From positions 35,774,001 to 35,838,000 of the forward strand of contig OZ024747.1 in NCBI GenBank assembly GCA_964016885.1: a stretch of 64,000 nt of DNA, in the 5' to 3' direction. The DNA comes from Eledone cirrhosa. Taxonomy: Eukaryota. A program made the translations under genes and the position numbers. Position 1 is the stretch's first letter, and every line of letters starts with the position of its first letter. Below the pieces are notes generated by a model that saw only the letters and a list, made by a program, of their open reading frames with translations, was not told where the DNA came from and did not search any database. Below, one piece after another: positions 49,328 through 60,711 of the stretch.

Positions 49328-49530
49328 GAAGAATCATTAACGGGAATGTCGCTGTAAAATTATTAGAATTTTTACTACTTAGTTTCGTTTCATTTAATTT
49401 TATTTTCCGTCGTTGATAAGGATTTCATATTAAAGATACAACTCTTATATGGCGCAATTCTTTCTGTGCTGCAAATACCCATGTCTTTCATAAAATGGTT
49501 GTAGTAAACAAATATACATGAAGAGAGAAT
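47971..49530. repeat. 1.56-kb palindrome with arms 47971..48650 and 48783..49530, each made of two modules split by (TA)n
   Basis: Arms are imperfect reverse complements around a 132-bp (CA)-rich spacer. Confidence 0.92.
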
Positions 49531-49606
49531 TACCCACTCTACTACCCTAAGTATTCAGTACTTTGGTGCGTTATCGTCCATCTGGTTCCTTACCACTTTT
49601 CCTTCG

Positions 49607-49665
<59 letters not shown>

Positions 49666-49668
<3 letters not shown>

Positions 49669-50016
49669 TAATTCAAAATATTAACGAATATAGACATGCG
49701 TGTGATCAAGTATATTTTATTATACATATTTCAGAGGTACTGAGCTATCTTCAACAGTACGTCCCCATCAGATAAAATAAGATGATGCTATTTTCATGTC
49801 TCAATGTTACGGTATATAAATATTGAGTTTTGTCCTATCTTATTCACTACCATTACTGAATTTTAACCATCTACTTAGTCAGGGTATGTCAACCATCATC
49901 GTATTTTATCTGATGAGGACGTACTTTTGAAGATAGCTCAGTACCTCTCAAAATATGTATAATAAAATATACTTGATCACACGAATATCTATATTTGTTA
50001 ATATTTTGAATTAATA
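49666..50016. repeat. Fold-back element with ~120-bp inverted arms containing a hammerhead-like motif
   Basis: Arms 49666..49786 and 49894..50016; CTGATGA at 49910. Confidence 0.85.
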
Positions 50017-50212
50017 TTAATAATTCAGGAAAATCATTGCTGTGGAGTGCTTCTTATCTATTGTAAAACTTTATTCATTGATTCATTCATTGAACATTGT
50101 TTAACCTTTAAATAAATATATATATATATATATATTGTGAAGACAGACAAAAACAAAGATGGCGTAGGACTGGAACAAAGGAGAGGCACAAAAACAAAGA
50201 AATTAATCCCCA

Positions 50213-50255
50213 GTCACTGAAGAGGTCACAAAATGTGTGACGAAAGAACTTTGAC
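50213..50255 (+). ncRNA. Minimal type I hammerhead motif in a short repeat (second copy at ~51401..51440)
   Basis: GTCA-CTGAAGA-g-GTCACA-aaatg-TGTGAC-GAAA-gaac-TT-TGAC. The host repeat ~50164..50340 recurs at ~51353..51515. Confidence 0.72.
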
Positions 50256-50393
50256 AATATATGAACAACCGTCCCGTTATGGAACCAACCAACCAACCGG
50301 AAATTGATAAATTCTTAAATTTAATTTATAATAAATTGGAGTGAACAAGTGGTGCGTGTGTTTCTTATTGGCAGCATAACCCTGCCAAAGCAT

Positions 50394-50456
<63 letters not shown>

Positions 50457-50463
<7 letters not shown>

Positions 50464-50588
50464 GGTTACACAACAGTTAGTTCACCATACCGAGAACAAT
50501 TGTTTCACCTCAGCGCATCTCTGAAACTCCGCTAAGGTGAAACAATTGTTCTCGGTATGGTGAACTAACTGTTGTGTAACCAATTCTA
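50457..50588. repeat. Near-perfect hairpin with ~60-bp arms between (TA)n tracts
   Basis: GGTTACACAACAGTTAGTTCACCATACCGAGAACAATTGTTTCACCT and its reverse complement flank a short loop. Confidence 0.93.
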
Positions 50589-51061
50589 CCTAACTCGTCC
50601 CTTGGAATGAGTGCTCTACCACTACGGATATTACCTTCAAGTGTTCCACCACAATATATATATATATATATATAAATAGAAAAAAATGAAACGAAATTTC
50701 ATTTCTCACTCTTAGTACGGCTGATACCTAAATATAAGTATGTATACGTACATACATATATGTGTACAGACGCACAGTAGTATGTATATATATATACATA
50801 CATGCATATATATATATATATATATATGTACGTATAATATATAATGTGTACTGCGTAATTTGGGCTGTTTGTATACAAACAAACCGAATAATATAATAAA
50901 TGTTCGGTAAACCCATACGTACATATATATATATATGAGTGCATGTATGTATATATATGTATGATAATATATATGTATGATTAACTCACTCGATATGCAA
51001 ATTAGGCTGCTCAGCCGTTAATATGCATAAGGAAAGTATAAACTTTCAGAAAAAAAGGTAT

Positions 51062-51104
51062 ACGATGCTGACAATAGCTAATAAGCTTGAAACTAGTACA
51101 TCGT
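51062..51104 (+). ncRNA. Minimal hammerhead-like motif with a variant core
   Basis: ACGATG-CTGACAA-t-AGCT-aata-AGCT-t-GAAA-CTAG-TA-CATCGT. Palindromic stem III, GUA triplet; core is CUGACAA rather than CUGANGA. Confidence 0.6.
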
Positions 51105-51298
51105 TCCTGTGTCAGTGTTGAACGAAAGGGCGACGATAGTTACCGAGCACCGTACGGCGTAATTTAGACTGTTTCTTTACAAACAAACCGAACATTATAA
51201 TAAATGTTCGGTAAACCCATACGTGCATATATATATGTGTGCATGTATATATATAAATACATACTACCATGCGTCTGTACAAATATATGTATGTACGT

Positions 51299-51353
<55 letters not shown>

Positions 51354-51518
51354 TAGGACAGAATAAAGGAGAGGCACAAAATTAAAGAAAATAATCCCCA
51401 GTCACTGAAGAGGTCACATAGTGTGTGACGAAAGAACTTATATGAAAAACCGTCCGTTTATGGAACCGAGCAACCAACGGGAAATTTATAAATTCTCAAA
51501 TTTATAAATGTAATTCAT

Positions 51519-51730
51519 AATAATGCTTTCTTTTATCGGCACAAGGCCTGCAATTTTGGTGGAAGGGAAAGTCGATTAAATCGACCACTGTACATTACTG
51601 GTACTTTATTTTATCGACCCCGTAAGGATGAAAGACAAAGTTAACATCGGCAGGATTTGAACTCAGATCATAAAGGGCCGTAACTCTTGCTGCAAGCACG
51701 GCGTCCAACCCTCTACTGATACTGCCAATT
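51519..51730 (-). mobile_element. Near full-length tRNA-derived Nin-core SINE
   Basis: Minus strand: A-box-like TGGCAGTATCAGTAG, B box GAGTTCAAATCC, core TTTCATCCTTACGGGGTCGATAAAATAAAGTACCAG, 3' end GGCCTTGTGCCGATAAAAGAAAGCATTATT. Confidence 0.85.
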
Positions 51731-51769
51731 TATAATATAATATAATATATATCTATATCTATATCTATA

Positions 51770-51935
<166 letters not shown>

Positions 51936-52756
51936 AAATATTAAACAAATAATGAATAAAACAATGAAACAGTTCCTTATATTAAACAAAAAAAGTTCAT
52001 TATTTAACGATCGTTTCTAGGATATATATGTGTTAGAATTGGCATGCATATTCAACAGATCTATGTACAAAATTATACAAACTATCAAGATTAAATAAAC
52101 ATAACAAACACACATATACGCCGTCTTCAGAAATAATGAAATATATTTATTGATAATAACAACAATTCAAAATTTCAGGTCCGTTTGGGAACAGAGTTCA
52201 AAATTGACCAATGAAAATACAAAAGGTTTTATGCAGTTTGGTGTGTGTATATACATGTAACTACCCCGTACACATATTTATACAAAGATATATGCTCAAC
52301 ATGCATACGCATGCCAAAAAGATGCATGCAAATACAAAATTTCAAGGCTAATACCTCTGTAAGTTTATAATGCACAGATAAAATGCGTATAGACACATAA
52401 ATATGAAATAAGTGTATACACATATTCTCATACTCACACATATCCGTACACTCACACACATGCGCGCGTATATGCATAAACATACACATAATTACGAACA
52501 TACATACACACACACACCCCCACACACATATATATGTGGATATAATATTATCATAAGCACATGGATATTAATTCACTCACATAAACACTGCCACACACAT
52601 TTAGATCAAGATACAGAAATTAGGTGGGAGGGGGGGAGAGGTCAGTATTCAACGGTTTGGGCAGACTGCTTATTTATAGATGTATCTATAAACTAAGAAA
52701 TAAAAAATAAAAAGGAAAGAAAAGAAAAAGAAAAAAGAAAAAAGAAATATATCAAG

Positions 52757-52837
<81 letters not shown>

Positions 52838-52902
52838 CTACACATAGAACACACACACACACACATATATAAACATATACATATACATACATACACACAT
52901 AT

Positions 52903-52951
<49 letters not shown>

Positions 52952-53233
52952 TACACATATAATCACACATATATATATAGACACACATATATATACACAT
53001 ACACGCACATATACATACACATACATACTTATATACATACAGACATACACATACATACCTATATATACACACAAATACATACAGACATACATACATACAT
53101 ACACACAAATACTTACGCATCCATATATCGGTATATACATACAAACACCACTACACTCTCACACAACTCAGACATAGAAAGAAAAAGGTATATACATATA
53201 CACATATAGACATACAAATAGAGAAACATATAC

Positions 53234-53270
<37 letters not shown>

Positions 53271-53469
53271 CATACACATATACACATATATATATACATA
53301 TACATACATACATGTACACACACATACACATACATACATACACACACACATACACACATACATATATAGTCATACACACACATACACCTACACGAACATA
53401 CACATACACATATATAAAGATATATATACACACACACACATACACACATCACATATATATAAAATAAAG

Positions 53470-53518
<49 letters not shown>

Positions 53519-54447
53519 CATACACATATACATACACATATATGTACATACATACACATACATACATACATATACACACACATATATATATATATATACA
53601 TACACACATACATACATATACACACAACATACATACACACACATATATACTCATACATAGACATAGATATATATTCATACATACATACGCACTTACATAT
53701 ACTCATATATACAAATACATACGCATCCATATATGCGTATATACATACAAACACCACTACACTCTCACACAACTCAGACATACAAAGAAAAAGGTATATA
53801 ATATACATATATACACACATTAATAGAGATACATATACACATATATATATATATATATATACACATACATTTATATATATACCCACACACACATACAACC
53901 ATAAACACACATACAAACACATACATACACACATATATACATACATATATATACACACACACAAAAAACACACATACACATATATATTTTTACACATATA
54001 TATATACATATATATACATATACACACCCTCACATATATACACATACAGATAAGTTATATTATAATAATAAATAATATATATATATACACATACGAATAT
54101 ACACATATATACACACATAGATATACATATATATATATATACACACACACACACACTCACATATATATGTGCGCACACGTACATATATACACATACACAC
54201 ATATACACATAAACATATACATGTGCATACATGTACATACACACATATACCCACATAGATACGAAGATAGACATATATATAGAGAGACATACATATATAT
54301 ACACATATATACATACACATACATACACACATATATATATATACATATACACACACACATACCTTTTGTATTTTCATTGGTCAATTTTGAACTCTGTTCC
54401 CAAACGGACCTGAAATTTTGAATTGTTGTCATTATCAATAAATATAT

Positions 54448-54602
54448 TTCATTATTTCTGAAGACGGCGTATATGTGTGTTTGGTATGTATATTTAATCT
54501 TGATAGTTTGTATAATTTTGTATAATTTTGTACATAGATCTGTTGAATATGCATGCCAATTCTAACACATATATATCCTAGAAACGATCGTTAAATAATG
54601 AA
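54448..54602 (+). ncRNA. Hammerhead-like motif in the P1 pLTR with a very long stem II (copies 60320..60473 +, 51996..52140 -, ~60896..61050 -)
   Basis: TTCATTATTT-CTGAAGA-(116 nt)-GAAA-CGATCG-TT-AAATAATGAA. Perfect 10-bp stem I and palindromic stem III. Confidence 0.7.
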
Positions 54603-54952
54603 CTTTTTTTGTTTAATATAAGGAACTGTTTCATTGTTTTATTCATTATTTGTTTAATATTTTATCTTGACTCTGTATACCGTTTATCTTTCACCGAAAG
54701 TGATTTTTCATTACATCTCTTCTTTCCATGATATCCGGAATACATTGAGTTCTTCATACGGATTGGACACTACCGTAAACTTTTGGTAGATTTATCTACA
54801 TAATTTTGCTCCTATTTTCACGGAAATATTCGTATTTTTGTACTGTATGTGTGTATTAATTTTATATTTATGTATATACATATATATGTATGATTTTATA
54901 AACCCATATACATTTAGTTGAGCTCTTTCAATTGTCCATCATCCATATCACA

Positions 54953-57394
54953 ATGGAAAAACAATATTTGGGAACCTCTTTAAAAAACATACCAATACCT
55001 TCTAAGGATGACTTCTTACTCCTTATGATTCAAAAAACTAATAATTTTATCAGAAGGGTTAGATGGCGAGCCTACCACTTCGATAAAAAATCTAAACAAG
55101 CAGATCGGAAATATATGTATGATTTCAATACTTACAAGAATCCACCACACAACTTTTTACTTGAAGACTTCGAGAAAGACCTTTTTAATTTAATTAAACA
55201 CCTCAAATTTAAAAAGTATAAATCCGTCTTTCAAAAGGACCTTGATTCTACCCTATTGGACCTAAAAAAGTCTAAAAAAATCCATGTCCACTCGGACAAA
55301 ACTGGTAACTTGTATCATATGGATATTGAACATTATAATGAGTTCATATATAAAGAACTCAGAAAAAATTATAAAAAATCTAATAATGCGTCACTCACCA
55401 ACATCAACAACAAAACACACAACATAGTAAAAAAACTAAACATTGAAGATAGAACTGAACCTTTGGCATTGAAAAGACCACACTTCAACCTGAAGGATCA
55501 TAAATCAAACTTTAACTCAAATCCTTCTATAAGACTTATATGTCCCTCCAAATCAGATATTGGAATAATTAGCAAAAAAATTTTGGATAGAGTCATCCCA
55601 CAAATAAGAAAACACGTTATTTTACCACTCTGGGAAAACACCTCCCAGGTAATTAACTGGTTTAAAAATATTAGATGTAAATCTTCTGCTTCATTTCTAC
55701 AATTTGATATAGATAATTACTATTTTTCTATATCACCTATACTCCTGAACAAAGCATTGATATTTGCTAAAAATAGATCTAACTTAACTTTGGATGACAT
55801 TAATATTATTACACATGCTAGACTAACACTTATTGAATTTCAGAATGAATACTGGACCAGAAACACATATAGTAATCTATTTGATATTACTATGGGTTCA
55901 AGCGATTCCGCCCAAATTACTGATCTTGTGGGCCTCTTTCTCCTTTTCAACATAAATGCCTCCTTTCCCCACCTCAAAGGTGGTTTATATCGTGATGACT
56001 GTCTTCTTCTTTCTAACAACCTTAGCCTTTCAGAAATTGAAAAAAACAAAAAACATATTAGAACTTTCCTTAAAGACTATTATAATCTTCATATTACTTT
56101 TGAAAAAACAAGTAAAGTAGTAAATTTCCTAGATATAACTTTAGATTTAGCTACGGGTATCTACCAACCTTACCATAAACCAAACCAAAACTTACATTAC
56201 ATACACTCACAATCTAATCACCCTAAATCTATCCTTAAAAACCTTGCATATAATATATCACTTAGAATTTCTAACCTTTCTTCTAACCAAGATGTATTTG
56301 ATAAAAATGCGACCTTCTATAACGAAGCTCTAGATAGAAGTGGCCACAAAAATAGATTAGAATATATACCTTCTACTAAAAATACTAAAAGCATACAACC
56401 TAATATTACCAACAAACACCAAATGAAAAGTACACACCTAAATGCCACCCACACTATACCCCAAAATACCAAATCTTCTAATATAAAATATAGTAACTCT
56501 CAAAAAACTACTCATCATACAACTCTAATAAATATTAATAATAAAACTCCTAATAAAAAAGATAAAACACCTAAATCTACAAATATAACTAAAAATGGTT
56601 GTGGTGAGATCATTAACATTAATCCTCCTAGTAAACATCACGATACAACCTATAAAAATAATAAAAATAATAAACAACATAGAAACCGTAATAGACGGGT
56701 TACTTGGTATAATGCTCCATTTAATTTACAAATTAAGGATAATATTGCTAAAAAATTTTTTTATATCCTAGAGAAAAACTTCCCGCCAAACCACAAATAC
56801 CATCAAATCTTAAATAGGTCTACAGTTAAATTCTCATACTCAACAACAAATAACATAAAACAAAATATAAGTGCCTATAATGCATATAAATGTAAGAAAA
56901 CCATAAGTATACCACCAGTACATCAAATTAACCATAATATCTCCTCAAATACAGAATTAACGAAAGGTTGTAACTGTAGAAACAAAGCAAACTGCCCATT
57001 AAAAGGGAATTGTCTTGTTAACAACATAGTCTATAAATGTAATGTTAAGACTAAAGATTCTATTTGCTCATATATAGGAGCTACTTCTAACAATTTTAAG
57101 ACAAGGTTTAATACCCACAAGCATTTTTTTAAAAATGCCGCACTGGCTAATACAACATCTCTAGCAGAAAAAATCAATAGTTATAAAAATAAGAATATAG
57201 AATATGATTTGACCTGGAGTGTGCTCAAAAGAGCCACCCCTTATCAAAATAATAGAAATGAATGTAGATTATGTTCCCAAGAACTATTTGAAATAATGAA
57301 ATCTAAGGATATCCTATTAAATAAACGACAGGAATTAATTATATCGTGTAATCATAAACTAAAAAAAACATTTAAATATTATAAACCTAATTAA
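54953..57394 (+). CDS. Penelope-like RT + GIY-YIG endonuclease polyprotein, uninterrupted
   Basis: SLKNIPIP N-terminus, SDKTGN, FLQFDI, ITMGS, GLYRDD, CNCRNKANCPLKGNC linker, IVYKC..SYIGAT..FKTRFNTH, CRLC. ATG 54953 aligns with the P2 start. Confidence 0.93.
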   Translation: MEKQYLGTSLKNIPIPSKDDFLLLMIQKTNNFIRRVRWRAYHFDKKSKQADRKYMYDFNTYKNPPHNFLLEDFEKDLFNLIKHLKFKKYKSVFQKDLDSTLLDLKKSKKIHVHSDKTGNLYHMDIEHYNEFIYKELRKNYKKSNNASLTNINNKTHNIVKKLNIEDRTEPLALKRPHFNLKDHKSNFNSNPSIRLICPSKSDIGIISKKILDRVIPQIRKHVILPLWENTSQVINWFKNIRCKSSASFLQFDIDNYYFSISPILLNKALIFAKNRSNLTLDDINIITHARLTLIEFQNEYWTRNTYSNLFDITMGSSDSAQITDLVGLFLLFNINASFPHLKGGLYRDDCLLLSNNLSLSEIEKNKKHIRTFLKDYYNLHITFEKTSKVVNFLDITLDLATGIYQPYHKPNQNLHYIHSQSNHPKSILKNLAYNISLRISNLSSNQDVFDKNATFYNEALDRSGHKNRLEYIPSTKNTKSIQPNITNKHQMKSTHLNATHTIPQNTKSSNIKYSNSQKTTHHTTLININNKTPNKKDKTPKSTNITKNGCGEIININPPSKHHDTTYKNNKNNKQHRNRNRRVTWYNAPFNLQIKDNIAKKFFYILEKNFPPNHKYHQILNRSTVKFSYSTTNNIKQNISAYNAYKCKKTISIPPVHQINHNISSNTELTKGCNCRNKANCPLKGNCLVNNIVYKCNVKTKDSICSYIGATSNNFKTRFNTHKHFFKNAALANTTSLAEKINSYKNKNIEYDLTWSVLKRATPYQNNRNECRLCSQELFEIMKSKDILLNKRQELIISCNHKLKKTFKYYKPN

Positions 57395-57898
57395 TAACAT
57401 TATTTTAGAAATTAATATATAATTTAATTTAAATGATAGTTAACCTATAAATTTAATTTAATTAAAATTCTACTACAGATGAGAATATAAAATATTGTGT
57501 AATCATAAATTGTGAAAAACCTTTAAATATTACTAATATATACTTAGTAATTTAATTTATAGATTAATTTTAATTTATTTAAACCTTTTATTAAAATTCC
57601 TTTACAGATAAAATATAACAAAATATCGTGTATCCAATGACAGAGAAATAATTTTTAGTATTATAGACCTAATTAATATACATTTTAGAAATATATTTAT
57701 AATTTGGTTTTAAATTTAGTCAACCTAAAAATTTAATTTAATTGGCTTAAAATTAGTATCCTAATACAGACGGATTGCAGAGTATCATGTAATCATAGAA
57801 TGGGATGTGTTTTGGATGTATACCTGGTTAATATATTCTTTGCAATTTTTGAAAAAATATGTATATGTATGTATGTATATGTGTGTGTATGTATGTGT

Positions 57899-57974
<76 letters not shown>

Positions 57975-58963
57975 ATGTATATGTATATGTATATGTATTA
58001 ATTTTGATTTCTATTTGCATATAATTATATTCTGCTATTGATAAAATACAATATCTGTTTTATTTATTATATACCTAATTAACATATACTATAGAAATTA
58101 ATATATAATTTTTAATTTAGTTAACCTATAATTTATATTCTACTACCGATGTAATACTTTATTTGTTTTTTCCCTATTACTAAATTCATTTCCTAATATT
58201 GATACCATAACGTTAATAACTTTAATTTAGTTATACTATAATTAATACTCTACTACTATTTAACTTCAAAATTCTGCTTCAAATATTATAAACCTAACTA
58301 ATTTACACCTTAGAAATCAATATGTTAACTATCTTTAGTTTAGTTAACATATAATTAATGGTATACTTATTTTGAAATGCATAATTTTGCCTTATTTCTT
58401 GCATTTCCTAACACTGAAACTATGTAAAAACATATATTGGGATCCAGATACAGATTAATATTCTATGTTTCTTGAAACATATATTTACTATAATCCCCTT
58501 CTCCACCCCCCCTTCCCCCCATACTATTATCATCTGTGTTTGTAAGCGTGTATGTATGAATATATATGTAGGTAGGTGTATATATGTTTGGGTGTTTATA
58601 TCTGAGTATAAAAATACATATATGCGCATGCAAATAAGAATGTATGATTGTGTGTATATATATGTGTGTATATATATATGTGTATATATGCATGTGTATA
58701 TATATGTGAATATGTATATATATATATATGTGTATATGTGTATATGTGTGTGGGCGTGTATGTGTGTGTGTATATGTATATATATATATGTGTGTATGTA
58801 TGTGTATGTATATATGTGTATATATATGTATGTCTCTCTATATATATGTCTATCTTCGTATCTATGTGGGTATATGTGTGTATGTACATGTATGCACATG
58901 TATATGTTTATGTGTATATGTGTGTATGTGTATATATGTACGTGTGCGCACATATATATGTGA

Positions 58964-58995
<32 letters not shown>

Positions 58996-59254
58996 GTATA
59001 TCTAGGTGTGTATATATGTGTATATTCGTATGTGTATATATATATATTATTTATTATTATAATATAACTTATCTGTATGTGTATATATGTGAGGGTGTGT
59101 ATATGTATATATATGTATATATATATGTGTAAAAATATATATGTGTATGTGTGTTTTTTGTGTGTGTGTATATATATATATGTATATATGTGTGTATGTA
59201 TGTGTTTGTATGTGTGTTTATGGTTGTATGTGTGTGTGGGTATATATATAAATG

Positions 59255-59285
<31 letters not shown>

Positions 59286-59568
59286 GTGTATATGTATCTC
59301 TATTAATGTGTGTATATATGTATATTATATACCTTTTTCTTTGTATGTCTGAGTTGTGTGAGAGTGTAGTGGTGTTTGTATGTATATACCGATATATGGA
59401 TGCGTAAGTATTTGTGTGTATGTATGTATGTATGTCTGTATGTATTTGTGTGTATATATAGGTATGTATGTGTATGTCTGTATGTATATAAGTATGTATG
59501 TGTATGTATATGTGCGTGTATGTGTATATATATGTGTGTCTATATATATATGTGTGATTATATGTGTA

Positions 59569-59619
<51 letters not shown>

Positions 59620-60668
59620 ATATGTGTGTATGTATGTATATGTATATGTTTATATATGTGTGTGTGTGTGTGTTCTATGTGTAGATGTGTATATATATAT
59701 ATATTTTCTTGATATATTTCTTTTTTCTTTTTTCTTTTTCTTTTCTTTCCTTTTTATTTTTTATTTCTTAGTTTATAGATACATCTATAAATAAGCAGTC
59801 TGCCCAAACCGTTGAATACTGACCTCTCCCCCCCTCCCACCTAATTTCTGTATCTTGATCTAAATGTGTGTGGCAGTGTTTATGTGAGTGAATTAATATC
59901 CATGTGCTTATGATAATATTATATCCACATATATATGTGTGTGGGGGTGTGTGTATGTATGTTCGTAATTATGTGTATGTTTATGCATATACGCGCGCAT
60001 GTGTGTGAGTGTACGGATATGTGTGAGTATGAGAATATGTGTATACACTTATTTCATATTTATGTGTCTATACGCATTTTATCTGTGCATTATAAACTTA
60101 CAGAGGTATTAGCCTTGAAATTTTGTATTTGCATGCATCTTTTTGGCATGCGTATGCATGTTGAGCATATATCTTTGTATAAATATGTGTACGGGGTAGT
60201 TACATGTATATACACACACCAAACTGCATAAAACCTTTTGTATTTTCATTGGTCAATTTTGAACTCTGTTCCCAAACGGACCTGAAATTTTGAATTGTTG
60301 TTATTATCAATAAATATATTTCATTATTTCTGAAGACGGCGTATATGTGTGTTTGGTATGTATATTTAATCTTGATAGATGTATAATTTTGTATAATTTT
60401 GTACATAGATCTGTTGAATATGCATGCCAATTCTAACACATATATATCCTAGAAACGATCGTTAAATAATGAACTTTTTTTGTTTAATATAAGGAACTGT
60501 TTCATTGTTTTATTCATTATTTGTTTAATATTTTATCTTGACTCTGTATACCGTTTATCTTTCACAGAAAGTGATTTTTCATTACATCTCTTCTTTCCAT
60601 GATATCCGGAATACATTGAGTTCATCATACGGATTGGACACTACCGTAAACTCTTGGTAGATTTATCT

Positions 60669-60707
<39 letters not shown>

Positions 60708-60711
<4 letters not shown>

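Noticed and set aside
51650-51730. tRNA gene
   Set aside because: The A/B boxes belong to the SINE head; no cloverleaf.
54953-57500. Selenoprotein-type Penelope (UGA recoding, SECIS)
   Set aside because: The P1 ORF has no in-frame TGA. The stops in P2 come with frameshifts and are not at conserved Cys positions.
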